Assembly: GCF_030013595.1 (NCBI RefSeq)
Contig: NZ_CP122768.1
Length of the DNA stretch: 64,000 bases
Direction: 5' to 3' (one strand)
Source of the DNA: Escherichia coli
GTDB taxonomy: Bacteria > Pseudomonadota > Gammaproteobacteria > Enterobacterales > Enterobacteriaceae
Below the pieces are notes generated by a model, which was not told where the DNA came from, made no database searches, and saw nothing but the letters and a program-made list of their open reading frames with translations. The number at the start of each line of letters is the position of its first letter. The stretch's first letter is position 1. Below, in pieces: positions 1 to 11,389 of the stretch. The position numbers were made by a program, and so were the translations under genes.

Positions 1-390
<390 letters not shown>

Positions 391-403
391 GCCTCAAAAC
401 AGT

Positions 404-430
404 GCCGGATGGCGATGCTGTCCGGCCTGC
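404..430 (+). terminator. GC-rich hairpin after purB (gccggatggcgatgctgtccggc), candidate terminator or REP-like element
   Basis: Inverted repeat gccgga/tccggc directly after the purB stop; no strong T-run, so weak. Confidence 0.3.
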
Positions 431-480
431 TTATTAAGATTATCCACTTTTTCTTTTTTCACTTTACCTCCCCTCCCCGC

Positions 481-499
481 TGGTTTATTTAATGTTTAC
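481..499 (+). promoter_or_regulatory. PhoP box (direct repeat GGTTTA-5nt-TGTTTA) upstream of phoP
   Basis: tGGTTTAtttaaTGTTTAc about 60 bp upstream of the phoP start, matching the PhoP-box hexamer repeat consensus. Confidence 0.7.
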
Positions 500-558
500 C
501 CCCATAACCACATAATCGCGTTACACTATTTTAATAATTAAGACAGGGAGAAATAAAA

Positions 559-1230
559 ATGCGCGTACTGGTTGTTGAAGACAATGCGTTGTTACGTCAC
601 CACCTTAAAGTTCAGATTCAGGATGCTGGTCATCAGGTCGATGACGCAGAAGATGCCAAAGAAGCCGATTATTATCTCAATGAACATTTACCGGATATTG
701 CGATTGTCGATCTGGGATTGCCAGACGAGGACGGTCTGTCACTGATTCGCCGCTGGCGTAGCAATGATGTTTCACTGCCGATTCTGGTATTAACCGCCCG
801 TGAAAGCTGGCAGGACAAAGTCGAAGTATTAAGTGCTGGCGCTGATGATTACGTGACTAAACCATTTCATATTGAAGAGGTGATGGCGCGAATGCAGGCA
901 TTAATGCGGCGTAATAGCGGTCTGGCTTCACAGGTCATTTCGCTACCCCCGTTTCAGGTTGATCTCTCTCGCCGTGAATTATCTATTAATGACGAAGTGA
1001 TCAAACTGACCGCGTTCGAATACACCATTATGGAAACGTTGATACGCAATAATGGCAAAGTGGTGAGCAAAGATTCGTTAATGCTCCAACTCTATCCGGA
1101 TGCGGAGCTGCGGGAAAGCCATACCATTGATGTACTGATGGGACGTCTGCGCAAAAAAATTCAGGCACAATATCCGCAAGAAGTGATTACCACCGTTCGC
1201 GGCCAGGGCTATCTGTTCGAATTGCGCTGA
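559..1230 (+). CDS. phoP: two-component response regulator PhoP
   Basis: 223-aa ORF with receiver domain and OmpR-type winged helix; overlaps phoQ start (ATGA); synteny. Confidence 0.95.
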   Translation: MRVLVVEDNALLRHHLKVQIQDAGHQVDDAEDAKEADYYLNEHLPDIAIVDLGLPDEDGLSLIRRWRSNDVSLPILVLTARESWQDKVEVLSAGADDYVTKPFHIEEVMARMQALMRRNSGLASQVISLPPFQVDLSRRELSINDEVIKLTAFEYTIMETLIRNNGKVVSKDSLMLQLYPDAELRESHTIDVLMGRLRKKIQAQYPQEVITTVRGQGYLFELR

Positions 1231-2690
1231 TGAAAAAATTACTGCGTCTTTTTTTCCCGCTCTCGCTGCGGGTACGTTTTCTGTTAGCAACGGCAGCAGT
1301 AGTATTGGTGCTTTCGCTTGCCTACGGAATGGTTGCGCTGATCGGTTATAGCGTCAGTTTCGATAAAACCACGTTTCGGCTGTTACGTGGCGAGAGCAAT
1401 CTGTTCTATACCCTTGCGAAGTGGGAAAACAATAAGTTGCATGTCGAGTTACCCGAAAATATCGACAAGCAAAGCCCCACTATGACGCTAATTTATGATG
1501 AGAACGGGCAGCTTTTATGGGCGCAACGTGACGTGCCCTGGCTGATGAAGATGATCCAGCCTGACTGGCTGAAATCGAATGGTTTTCATGAAATTGAAGC
1601 GGATGTTAACGATACCAGCCTCTTGCTGAGTGGAGATCATTCGATACAGCAACAGTTGCAGGAAGTGCGGGAAGATGATGACGACGCGGAGATGACCCAC
1701 TCGGTGGCGGTAAACGTCTACCCGGCAACATCGCGGATGCCAAAGTTGACCATTGTGGTGGTGGATACCATTCCGGTGGAGCTAAAAAGTTCCTATATGG
1801 TCTGGAGCTGGTTTATCTATGTGCTCTCAGCCAATCTGCTGTTAGTGATCCCGCTGCTGTGGGTCGCCGCCTGGTGGAGTTTACGCCCCATCGAAGCCCT
1901 GGCAAAAGAAGTCCGCGAACTGGAAGAACATAACCGCGAATTGCTCAATCCAGCCACAACGCGAGAACTGACCAGTCTGGTACGAAACCTGAACCGATTG
2001 TTAAAAAGTGAACGCGAACGTTACGACAAATATCGTACGACGCTCACCGACCTGACCCATAGTCTGAAAACGCCACTGGCGGTGCTGCAAAGTACGCTGC
2101 GTTCTCTGCGTAGTGAGAAGATGAGCGTCAGTGATGCTGAACCGGTAATGCTGGAGCAAATCAGCCGCATTTCACAGCAAATTGGCTACTACCTGCATCG
2201 TGCCAGTATGCGCGGCGGGACATTGCTCAGCCGCGAGCTGCATCCGGTCGCCCCACTGCTGGACAATCTCACCTCGGCGCTGAACAAAGTGTATCAACGC
2301 AAAGGGGTCAATATCTCTCTCGATATTTCGCCAGAGATCAGCTTTGTCGGTGAGCAGAACGATTTTGTCGAGGTGATAGGCAACGTGCTGGATAATGCCT
2401 GTAAATATTGCCTCGAGTTTGTCGAAATATCTGCAAGGCAAACAGACGAGCATCTCTATATTGTGGTCGAGGATGATGGCCCCGGTATTCCATTAAGCAA
2501 GCGAGAGGTCATTTTCGACCGTGGTCAACGGGTTGATACTTTACGCCCTGGGCAAGGTGTAGGGCTGGCGGTAGCCCGCGAAATCACCGAGCAATATGAG
2601 GGTAAAATCGTCGCCGGAGAGAGCATGCTGGGCGGTGCGCGGATGGAGGTGATTTTTGGTCGCCAGCATTCTGCGCCGAAAGATGAATAA
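1230..2690 (+). CDS. phoQ: sensor histidine kinase PhoQ
   Basis: 486-aa ORF with two TM segments, periplasmic acidic patch (EDDDDAE), H-box and ATPase motifs. Confidence 0.95.
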   Translation: MKKLLRLFFPLSLRVRFLLATAAVVLVLSLAYGMVALIGYSVSFDKTTFRLLRGESNLFYTLAKWENNKLHVELPENIDKQSPTMTLIYDENGQLLWAQRDVPWLMKMIQPDWLKSNGFHEIEADVNDTSLLLSGDHSIQQQLQEVREDDDDAEMTHSVAVNVYPATSRMPKLTIVVVDTIPVELKSSYMVWSWFIYVLSANLLLVIPLLWVAAWWSLRPIEALAKEVRELEEHNRELLNPATTRELTSLVRNLNRLLKSERERYDKYRTTLTDLTHSLKTPLAVLQSTLRSLRSEKMSVSDAEPVMLEQISRISQQIGYYLHRASMRGGTLLSRELHPVAPLLDNLTSALNKVYQRKGVNISLDISPEISFVGEQNDFVEVIGNVLDNACKYCLEFVEISARQTDEHLYIVVEDDGPGIPLSKREVIFDRGQRVDTLRPGQGVGLAVAREITEQYEGKIVAGESMLGGARMEVIFGRQHSAPKDE

Positions 2691-2765
2691 ATATGTCCAT
2701 ACTTCACGCATTACGTTAAGCATCCGTTATAATCGGTTGCAGATACCAGCCTGTGGATGCTTAAC

Positions 2766-3887
2766 ATGGAATACCAACTCACTCTTAACTGGCCCGATTT
2801 TCTTGAACGTCACTGGCAGAAACGCCCGGTGGTGTTAAAACGCGGCTTTAATAATTTTATTGACCCAATCTCTCCAGACGAGTTGGCGGGTCTGGCGATG
2901 GAAAGCGAAGTCGACAGTCGACTGGTCAGTCATCAGGATGACAAATGGCAGGTCAGCCACGGTCCATTCGAAAGCTACGATCATCTCGGTGAAACTAACT
3001 GGTCATTGTTAGTGCAAGCAGTGAACCACTGGCATGAGCCGACCGCCGCGCTGATGCGACCGTTCCGTGAACTACCGGACTGGCGTATTGATGATCTGAT
3101 GATCTCTTTTTCCGTACCTGGCGGCGGCGTCGGCCCGCATCTCGATCAGTACGACGTGTTTATCATTCAGGGTACCGGACGTCGTCGCTGGCGAGTGGGC
3201 GAAAAGCTGCAAATGAAACAGCACTGCCCGCACCCGGATCTGTTACAGGTTGATCCGTTCGAAGCCATCATTGATGAAGAACTGGAGCCAGGCGATATTC
3301 TTTATATTCCGCCAGGATTCCCCCATGAAGGCTACGCGCTGGAAAATGCGATGAACTATTCCGTCGGTTTTCGCGCACCAAATACGCGGGAACTGATTAG
3401 CGGATTTGCCGATTATGTGCTGCAACGTGAACTGGGCGGCAACTACTACAGCGATCCGGATGTCCCACCTCGCGCTCATCCTGCGGACGTTCTACCGCAA
3501 GAAATGGATAAACTGCGTGAGATGATGCTTGAATTGATCAACCAGCCGGAACACTTTAAACAGTGGTTTGGCGAGTTTATATCCCAGTCACGTCATGAAC
3601 TGGATATCGCGCCACCAGAGCCGCCTTATCAGCCGGATGAAATCTACGATGCGCTAAAACAAGGTGATGTGCTGGTGCGCCTGGGTGGTCTGCGCGTATT
3701 GCGCATTGGCGACGACGTGTATGCCAATGGTGAGAAGATCGATTCCCCGCACCGTCCGGCACTGGATGCGCTCGCCAGCAACATTGCGCTGACCGCGGAG
3801 AATTTTGGTGATGCATTGGAAGATCCGTCATTCCTCGCGATGCTCGCAGCGCTGGTCAATAGCGGGTATTGGTTCTTCGAAGGGTAA
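2766..3887 (+). CDS. roxA: ribosomal protein-arginine oxygenase (JmjC/cupin family, YcfD/RoxA)
   Basis: ORF 2757-3887; start placed at the internal Met of MEYQLTLNW; synteny between phoQ and pepT. Confidence 0.85.
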   Translation: MEYQLTLNWPDFLERHWQKRPVVLKRGFNNFIDPISPDELAGLAMESEVDSRLVSHQDDKWQVSHGPFESYDHLGETNWSLLVQAVNHWHEPTAALMRPFRELPDWRIDDLMISFSVPGGGVGPHLDQYDVFIIQGTGRRRWRVGEKLQMKQHCPHPDLLQVDPFEAIIDEELEPGDILYIPPGFPHEGYALENAMNYSVGFRAPNTRELISGFADYVLQRELGGNYYSDPDVPPRAHPADVLPQEMDKLREMMLELINQPEHFKQWFGEFISQSRHELDIAPPEPPYQPDEIYDALKQGDVLVRLGGLRVLRIGDDVYANGEKIDSPHRPALDALASNIALTAENFGDALEDPSFLAMLAALVNSGYWFFEG

Positions 3888-3935
3888 GTTTGGATTTAAG
3901 CCGGATGCGGCATCACATGCCGCATCCCTTTTCGC

Positions 3936-5162
3936 TTACTTCCGTTGCGCCGTCAACTCGGCAATACGGACGATCACCTGCACCGCTTTTTCCATACCTT
4001 CCAGAGTCACAAACTCATGCTTACCATGATAGTTGTAACCGCCAGTGAACAGGTTCGGGCACGGTAATCCCATAAACGACAACTGCGCGCCGTCGGTACC
4101 GCCGCGGATCGGTTTCAGTTCCGGTTCAATATCGCAGTCACGCATCGCCTGCTGGGCGATATCGAGAATATGCGGATGCTCAACCACTTTCTCGCGCATA
4201 TTGTAGTAACTGTCTTCAATCACCAGTTCAATGTAGCAATCAGGGTGTAACCCTTTGCCCACTTTTTTGGCGATCTCCATCATTTTGCGTTTACGCGCTT
4301 CAAACTGCTTACGATCAAAATCACGAATGATGTAGTGCATATCGGCCCGTTCAACGGTGCCTTTCATGCTCGCCAGGTGATAGAAACCTTCATAGCCTTC
4401 TGTCATTTCCGGGCTTTCATTTGCCGGAACTTCCGCATGAATACGTGCCGCCAGCGAAAGCGCATTTACCATCACTCCTTTCGCCGTGCCCGGGTGAACA
4501 TTGTTACCGACAATTTTGATATTGACCGACGCGGCGTTGAAGTTTTCAAACTCCAGTTCGCCTACGCCACCACCATCAACGGTGTAAGCCCAGCGGGCAT
4601 CGAAGGCGTCAACATCAAAATGTTTCGCCCCTTTGCCCACTTCTTCATCCGGGGTAAAGGCGACGCGAATATCACCATGCGGAATGTTTTTTTGTTGTAA
4701 TACCGCCAGCGCGGTCATGATTTCTGCAATACCTGCTTTGTCATCGGCACCTAACAAGGTTTTACCATCGGTGGTAATCAGCGTCTGACCCAGTAGCTGA
4801 TGCAGCACCGGGAACATAACCGGTGATAAAACTTCATCGCCGATACCCAGCGCAATATCGCCACCGCGATAGTTTTCAACAATTTGCGGATTCACATTTT
4901 TGCCGCTGCAATCCGGTGAGGTATCCACATGAGAAATAAAGCCAATCGCCGGGATATCGCCAGGGACGTTAGCCGGTAACGTCGCCATCAAAGTGCCCTT
5001 CTCACTTAAGGTCACATTGATAAGCCCCATCTCTTCGAGCTGCTCTTTCAGCAGATGCAATAACTTCCATTGGCCTTCCGTGCTGGGAACCTGTCTCACC
5101 CCTGCCTTTGATTGGGTATCCAGAGACACGTAGTTCAAAAATCGCTCAAGTAGTTTATCCAT
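3936..5162 (-). CDS. pepT: peptidase T (tripeptide aminopeptidase, M20 family)
   Basis: ORF 3936-5204; start placed at MDKLLERFL; M20 metal-binding motifs; synteny. Confidence 0.9.
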   Translation of the reverse strand: MDKLLERFLNYVSLDTQSKAGVRQVPSTEGQWKLLHLLKEQLEEMGLINVTLSEKGTLMATLPANVPGDIPAIGFISHVDTSPDCSGKNVNPQIVENYRGGDIALGIGDEVLSPVMFPVLHQLLGQTLITTDGKTLLGADDKAGIAEIMTALAVLQQKNIPHGDIRVAFTPDEEVGKGAKHFDVDAFDARWAYTVDGGGVGELEFENFNAASVNIKIVGNNVHPGTAKGVMVNALSLAARIHAEVPANESPEMTEGYEGFYHLASMKGTVERADMHYIIRDFDRKQFEARKRKMMEIAKKVGKGLHPDCYIELVIEDSYYNMREKVVEHPHILDIAQQAMRDCDIEPELKPIRGGTDGAQLSFMGLPCPNLFTGGYNYHGKHEFVTLEGMEKAVQVIVRIAELTAQRK

Positions 5163-5411
5163 GTAGTCACCCTCACTTTTTGTGACAACATTATTAAGAA
5201 GCAAGAAAAGACAAACATTGCGTCAGGTCACTTTTACCCCTGCAAGCGGGAATATTTATCAGCATTACCTTAATGAATATAAAGCTAAGCCAGTAATTCA
5301 CAACAAAGATTGGCGATTCAAGCGGTTTGCCGTAGAATTACCGCCCTCATTAAGAGTCACCAAGGTGGTTAACCACAAACCCCGCATCGGTAAGCCATCC
5401 GTTGCGTTTAC

Positions 5412-6548
5412 ATGGGACAGAGTAAAAAATTGAATAAACAACCGAGTTCGCTTTCACCGCTGGTGCAATTGGCGGGAATTCGCAAATGCTTTGATGGTAA
5501 AGAGGTCATTCCCCAGCTGGATCTGACTATCAACAATGGCGAGTTCCTCACGCTGCTTGGCCCTTCTGGCTGCGGTAAAACAACCGTTCTTCGCCTGATT
5601 GCAGGTCTGGAAACTGTTGATTCCGGACGCATCATGCTGGATAACGAGGACATCACCCACGTTCCGGCGGAAAACCGCTATGTGAACACTGTTTTCCAAA
5701 GCTACGCACTTTTCCCCCACATGACCGTGTTCGAAAATGTGGCCTTTGGGTTACGCATGCAAAAAACCCCCGCTGCTGAAATTACGCCCCGCGTGATGGA
5801 AGCCCTGCGGATGGTGCAGCTGGAAACCTTCGCTCAACGCAAACCGCATCAGCTCTCTGGTGGTCAACAGCAACGCGTCGCCATTGCCCGCGCGGTGGTT
5901 AACAAGCCTCGTCTGTTGTTGCTGGATGAGTCGCTCTCAGCGCTGGATTACAAACTGCGCAAGCAAATGCAGAACGAGCTGAAAGCGTTACAGCGTAAGC
6001 TTGGCATTACATTCGTCTTCGTGACTCACGACCAGGAAGAAGCACTCACCATGTCGGACAGGATTGTGGTGATGCGCGATGGTCGCATTGAGCAAGACGG
6101 CACGCCGCGTGAAATCTATGAAGAGCCGAAAAACCTGTTTGTTGCTGGGTTTATTGGCGAAATCAATATGTTTAACGCCACTGTCATCGAACGTCTAGAC
6201 GAGCAGCGCGTACGCGCCAACGTTGAAGGCCGCGAATGTAATATCTACGTTAACTTCGCCGTTGAACCGGGGCAAAAACTGCATGTTCTGCTGCGCCCGG
6301 AAGACTTACGTGTTGAAGAGATTAACGACGACAACCACGCTGAAGGGCTGATTGGTTACGTTCGCGAGCGTAACTACAAAGGCATGACGCTGGAGTCGGT
6401 TGTTGAACTGGAAAATGGCAAGATGGTGATGGTCAGCGAATTCTTCAATGAAGACGATCCTGACTTTGACCACTCTCTCGACCAAAAAATGGCCATTAAT
6501 TGGGTAGAAAGCTGGGAGGTCGTACTGGCTGATGAAGAACACAAGTAA
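5412..6548 (+). CDS. potA: spermidine/putrescine ABC transporter ATP-binding protein
   Basis: 378-aa ORF with Walker [10 protein letters not shown] and ABC signature LSGGQQQR. Confidence 0.95.
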
Positions 6549-7395
6549 GTTCCAGAATGTAGTGATTGTCACTATTGTCGGTTGGCTTGTGTTGTTTGTC
6601 TTTCTGCCCAACCTGATGATCATTGGCACCAGCTTTTTGACCCGCGACGACGCCAGTTTCGTCAAAATGGTCTTTACGCTGGATAACTACACGCGTCTGC
6701 TCGATCCGCTCTATTTTGAAGTGCTATTGCACTCGCTGAATATGGCGCTGATCGCCACCCTCGCCTGCCTGGTGCTGGGCTATCCTTTTGCCTGCTTTCT
6801 GGCGAAGCTGCCACACAAGGTGCGTCCGCTGCTGCTGTTTCTGCTGATTGTTCCGTTCTGGACCAACTCATTGATTCGTATCTACGGGCTGAAAATTTTC
6901 CTCAGCACCAAAGGCTATCTCAACGAGTTTTTGCTCTGGCTGGGCGTTATTGATACACCAATTCGCATCATGTTCACGCCCAGTGCGGTGATTATCGGTC
7001 TGGTTTACATTCTGCTACCGTTTATGGTGATGCCGCTGTACTCCAGTATCGAAAAACTGGATAAGCCGTTGCTGGAGGCGGCGCGCGATCTCGGTGCCAG
7101 CAAGTTGCAGACCTTTATCCGCATCATTATCCCACTGACGATGCCGGGAATTATTGCCGGATGTTTGCTGGTGATGCTGCCAGCGATGGGCCTGTTCTAT
7201 GTGTCCGACCTGATGGGCGGTGCGAAAAACCTGCTGATCGGTAACGTCATCAAAGTACAGTTCCTCAATATTCGTGACTGGCCGTTTGGTGCAGCCACCA
7301 GCATTACGCTGACTATCGTAATGGGCCTGATGTTGCTGGTTTACTGGCGCGCTTCTCGTTTGCTGAATAAGAAGGTGAGCGATATAGATAATTAA
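6532..7395 (+). CDS. potB: spermidine/putrescine ABC transporter permease with a prophage-derived altered C-terminus
   Basis: Polytopic permease ORF; the last codons (…KKVSDIDN) lie inside the prophage junction, whereas the native end (…KKVELE-stop, overlapping the potC start) is found at attR near 48670-48690. Confidence 0.85.
7364..7377. repeat. attL core: 14-bp direct repeat tgaataagaaggtg
   Basis: Identical 14-mer at 48665-48678 next to the integrase; lies within potB 3' codons. Confidence 0.75.
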
Positions 7396-7622
7396 TCCTT
7401 TATATTCAATGAAATAAGTTGGTTTTTAAAGGGTTTTATTGTTGAAGGCAACCGCGTTGTGTCTTTCACCAAAATCAATCAGTTGCGTTCTGGTTTTGGA
7501 GAATGTTTTTTGAGGCTTTTTGTTAAAGCCTGTTATGCATTGCCTCAATTAATAACCGTTTCCCCAGCCCTCCCAACCTTCAAAAGTCGGGAGGGTTCTA
7601 AACACCAGTTGCGATTGATTTA

Positions 7623-8195
7623 TTAGCCAATACCAAACGCTCGGATTGAACCCAAATCCTCCAGATTGTTCAGATCCTCTTTCATTTCACGCTGACGGCG
7701 ATAAATCTCGTCATTGCGATCGACCTGAGCCTGCGCCATTGCTGCCGCCAGCTCCTGAAGCTGTGCCATTGTCAGAGTGACAAGGTTATTTGCTGCATCC
7801 CCCCATCCCAGCGTTGACCGCGTACCTGCAACCTTTGTCGCCATTGCCACGGGCGCAATACGACTTATTGAGTCTGCACCACCATTCCAGGTACGACCGT
7901 TCCATTCGAACGTGAACGGCTGCGCCTCCTGTTCTGTGCGCCATGCTTCGATTTCCTGGCGTTTGGCGGCTTTTGCTGCTTCCAGCATTTCAGGTGATAC
8001 AGTGAACGGGGCTATATCCCCCCATTTACCGCTTTGCAGCTCCTGCCAAATTTGCTGGCCTGTTGTTGCTGTGTCTTCTGGTGTAGATGTGTAGGGGATG
8101 AAATCTTTCATCCCCTCAAATAACACTTCACAGTCAATTGCGCCATTCTCCAGCCTGCGGGCGTTTTTGATTTCTTTTATTTTTATCCCATTCAT
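7623..8195 (-). CDS. tail fibre assembly protein (Tfa)
   Basis: 190-aa ORF directly downstream of a fibre gene; Tfa/gpG-like architecture. Confidence 0.7.
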   Translation of the reverse strand: MNGIKIKEIKNARRLENGAIDCEVLFEGMKDFIPYTSTPEDTATTGQQIWQELQSGKWGDIAPFTVSPEMLEAAKAAKRQEIEAWRTEQEAQPFTFEWNGRTWNGGADSISRIAPVAMATKVAGTRSTLGWGDAANNLVTLTMAQLQELAAAMAQAQVDRNDEIYRRQREMKEDLNNLEDLGSIRAFGIG

Positions 8196-9598
8196 CAGGA
8201 AACTCTCACAAACAGACCGAAAATAAAATCGCTGGTCGCCTGAGTGCTGTTGCCCAGAGAGACATAGGCTCCCGAAAAGTGGCGTCCAGTATCCAGCACA
8301 TACCGTGGTGCTCCGTCATTCGACACTATAACAGCGCAGGGAATCAGAGTGCTGCCGCTTACGCTGTCACCACGTTTTATCGTATATTCATCAGTATTTG
8401 CTGCACGGTACGCGGCCTGAGTTAAGCCGCCAACTGCCACATCTCTGAATGGTACGTCGTACCACGGGCCAGCTATGTTATACAGCCATCTCGCACCATC
8501 TATCGCGGTTAAGTTTTGACTCAGGCATGTCCAGCGTATGTTCGTACTGTCCGCCCTGACCTCACAACAATACACGTCCTGATTAACCCCGTTAAAAATG
8601 ACAAACTTATCGCGCCTGTTTTGATTTTCATGCGTTGCTGTTTCCAGCATTTTTATCTCTACCTCTCCGCTAAAAACAACCCCTTCTATAATGTCCTTGG
8701 AATATGGGCCACCATATTGAACGACAAGATAGCGCCCCGGGGGAGTGGTCTGTACCCAAGAAGCAAATGTTGCTGATGTCGCGTATTTATCAAACTCCTT
8801 ACGTTGTGTGGGATACGCGCCATAACCGAAAGCTCCCGGAAGTGCCACACAACCTTCAGTTCGGTTGTAAATGTCTGTTTGTACATCCATCGTTGCAGCA
8901 CTTTTCAACCCCAGATTGTCTCGGGATTCCTGCTGAGCATCTTCCCCCTCTGCTGCAATTTCTGACAGGTGATTCGCCGTTTTCAGCGTTGCAGATAACG
9001 CAACATCAATATCATCTCTGGCCTGCTCTGCATCGGATGCGGCCTGTTTGGCGGCTTCAGCATCCTGCCTGACTTCTTCGGCGGTATCCTCAACCTGCGA
9101 GGCCAGCTGTTCAACGCGCTGCGTGTTTTCCTCCACAGCATTTGTATTCTGCTGAACATTATCTGCCAGCGTTTCAACCTGCTCTTTTATCAGAGCTGCC
9201 GCTTCAGCATGTTGCCCTGCCTGTCGTTCGCTTTCCGCTGCCGCTTCCGCGCTCTGCTGCGCCTGCACCACCAGTTCTTCGAACCGCTTAACAACATCTG
9301 GCTTCAGGTCGCCTTCATCGAGAGCGGTCAGGAAGTCGTTCAGCGTGCCGTGCTTTGAATCGTCGTAAACCGAAATATCACCGACACAATATTCTCTTTC
9401 AATACATGACCGAAGATAAACGTCATATCTTCCGGTCTGAGCCTCAAATGCATATTCTCCTGCCGGCCCCGTCACCACTGTTGCCACCGTTCTCATGACC
9501 ACTGCGGATGTATTCTGTCGGGCTTTCAGAATAATATGGTATCCGGACATGGGGAGTCCCGCACCATCCGTCAGCACACCCGAAATTAATACAGACAT
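8195..9598 (-). CDS. side tail fibre protein, lambda Stf-like N-terminus
   Basis: N-terminus (ISGVL.DG.G.P…LKAR.N.S…VY.DS.HGTLNDFL) resembles the lambda Stf N-terminal domain; acidic coiled-coil middle; followed by Tfa. Confidence 0.75.
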   Translation of the reverse strand: MSVLISGVLTDGAGLPMSGYHIILKARQNTSAVVMRTVATVVTGPAGEYAFEAQTGRYDVYLRSCIEREYCVGDISVYDDSKHGTLNDFLTALDEGDLKPDVVKRFEELVVQAQQSAEAAAESERQAGQHAEAAALIKEQVETLADNVQQNTNAVEENTQRVEQLASQVEDTAEEVRQDAEAAKQAASDAEQARDDIDVALSATLKTANHLSEIAAEGEDAQQESRDNLGLKSAATMDVQTDIYNRTEGCVALPGAFGYGAYPTQRKEFDKYATSATFASWVQTTPPGRYLVVQYGGPYSKDIIEGVVFSGEVEIKMLETATHENQNRRDKFVIFNGVNQDVYCCEVRADSTNIRWTCLSQNLTAIDGARWLYNIAGPWYDVPFRDVAVGGLTQAAYRAANTDEYTIKRGDSVSGSTLIPCAVIVSNDGAPRYVLDTGRHFSGAYVSLGNSTQATSDFIFGLFVRVS

Positions 9599-9622
9599 GT
9601 TTATTTCCTGATTCAGAAAACA

Positions 9623-10711
9623 TTAACCAAAATAATTGACGCCTTTTTTCTTGCCACTGGCTTTCCCCTTTGCAGAAATATCCGTGGTCAGTGACAGATT
9701 CAGCGTAAATCCCTGTCCCGGTACCAGTGAAAACTCCACAGACTCAGCCTGCCAGTGATGGTCCTCACGCACACCAAATCCCTGCGTGACAAAACGCATC
9801 TCCGCCCCTGCTTTCAGCAGTTCCGGCCTGCAGGGCAACGTTATCGTCATCTGGCGTCCGACTTTCTGCACACGTTTAACCTTCGACTCTGCACAGTGTT
9901 TTGCGGTGCCCTGGTCAGGCTGGGTAAACGGATGCCGCTTATCTGTTGACTCCACGTCAACTTTAACTTCACGTGTGCGTCCGTCACGGGCATCAAAATA
10001 CCGGACCCCAACTTTCCCGCTCTTTTTATCCCCCTTCGCACCACCCGCAGCGCCCTGTCGCTCACCTTCACGATAATCCCAGTCTGATACCATACCCGGT
10101 GTAATGGTTATCTCAGGCGCATTTCTGCCCCCCGTACTCTGTGATGCCCCGTATTCCAGAAATAACCAGTAGCCATTGGTCGGTTTACTGGTGGCGCCGT
10201 ACATACCTGCAATGCGGGACAAGAGGGCAGCATCAGATTCTGATGACTGCATCACCCACGGGATATGAATATCAGCAAGCACCGATGAGACGCGCGCCAC
10301 CAGATTATTTTCAGTGGCGATGGTGTTCACCAGGTCGCCCAGTGTGATATCGCTGAAAGCCCGGGTTTTCAGTGCGGTCACGTCTGCGCCATGTTTTGAC
10401 GCATTCATGGGGGCTGCGGTGGCATAAATGGTGAGCCGGCGGGGAGGACCACCGCTTGCCACCTGACAGACGGTAAAACTGCCTTTATTGACCAGATTTC
10501 CGTTGAACCCCAGTCCCAGCGTTAGCACCGCGCCTTTCGGTGGTAACGCCAGCGTCTCGCTGAACAGCGTTATCATCAGTTCATCGGACCGCTTTGTGGC
10601 TGCACCATTATCGGTATATCGCAGTTCAGCCAGCCCCCGTTTCAGGGCCTTCGTGATATCCTGGCCTTCCGCTGTCAGGCTGAAATCCGGCTGATATTCA
10701 TTCAGTCCCAT
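9623..10711 (-). CDS. tail protein D-like (P2 gpD / late control D family)
   Basis: 362-aa ORF in the P2 gene-order position after U and X. Confidence 0.6.
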   Translation of the reverse strand: MGLNEYQPDFSLTAEGQDITKALKRGLAELRYTDNGAATKRSDELMITLFSETLALPPKGAVLTLGLGFNGNLVNKGSFTVCQVASGGPPRRLTIYATAAPMNASKHGADVTALKTRAFSDITLGDLVNTIATENNLVARVSSVLADIHIPWVMQSSESDAALLSRIAGMYGATSKPTNGYWLFLEYGASQSTGGRNAPEITITPGMVSDWDYREGERQGAAGGAKGDKKSGKVGVRYFDARDGRTREVKVDVESTDKRHPFTQPDQGTAKHCAESKVKRVQKVGRQMTITLPCRPELLKAGAEMRFVTQGFGVREDHHWQAESVEFSLVPGQGFTLNLSLTTDISAKGKASGKKKGVNYFG

Positions 10712-10920
10712 AACTGAAACGTCTCCTTCACTTCCGGTTCATATACCCAGTCCGGCAACACGATTTCCACTCCCGACGGATAGACCGGACCAAGGTCAGC
10801 CAGCCCGGGATTGGCTTCCAGTACCGCCGCCAGTGACTGGTTAAGCCCGGCACTGCCATAGTGTCTCTGACAGATGTCATCCAGCATATCGCCGTCAGTG
10901 GTCCGCCAGTTTTTCGCCAT
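10702..10920 (-). CDS. tail protein X-like (LysM-like)
   Basis: 72-aa ORF between U-like and D-like genes; size and position. Confidence 0.6.
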   Translation of the reverse strand: MAKNWRTTDGDMLDDICQRHYGSAGLNQSLAAVLEANPGLADLGPVYPSGVEIVLPDWVYEPEVKETFQLWD

Positions 10921-11389
10921 AGTATTTCAGCTCCAGTGTGAACGTTTTGTTCTTTGGCGCCCCGCCGGGAAGAAAGGACGTGGTGTTATCTGAATAGGCG
11001 GTTGCCACGAAATACCCCATCACATCGCCTGTACTTGAGACCAGTAACTGCGGGGCCGGATTGTCATCCACCATCTGAACCAGCGTATCAAGGGCATCCA
11101 TTCCCACACCGTCACGAAATCCCGCATGCACCATGCCTTCAAGGGTTATTGTTCTGGCCCCCTTACCGGTATACTGCAGCAGGTCGTTTTTTCCGATAAG
11201 CTGCTGTTCATCCCATCGCCATTCCATAGTGCGCTTCATGGCGTTATAGGCTGCCGTATCAATACTGAATTCAAACTCACCAAACGACAGCATGACGCGG
11301 GAGGCGACATCCGTTAATGAACCCACCGCATCCCATGCTTCACGTTCAAGCCGGTTTACGCCCCAGCCCAGCAAATCCACCATGTTCAC
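10895..11389 (-). CDS. tail protein U-like
   Basis: 164-aa ORF immediately downstream of the tape measure gene, as in P2. Confidence 0.6.
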   Translation of the reverse strand: MNMVDLLGWGVNRLEREAWDAVGSLTDVASRVMLSFGEFEFSIDTAAYNAMKRTMEWRWDEQQLIGKNDLLQYTGKGARTITLEGMVHAGFRDGVGMDALDTLVQMVDDNPAPQLLVSSTGDVMGYFVATAYSDNTTSFLPGGAPKNKTFTLELKYYGEKLADH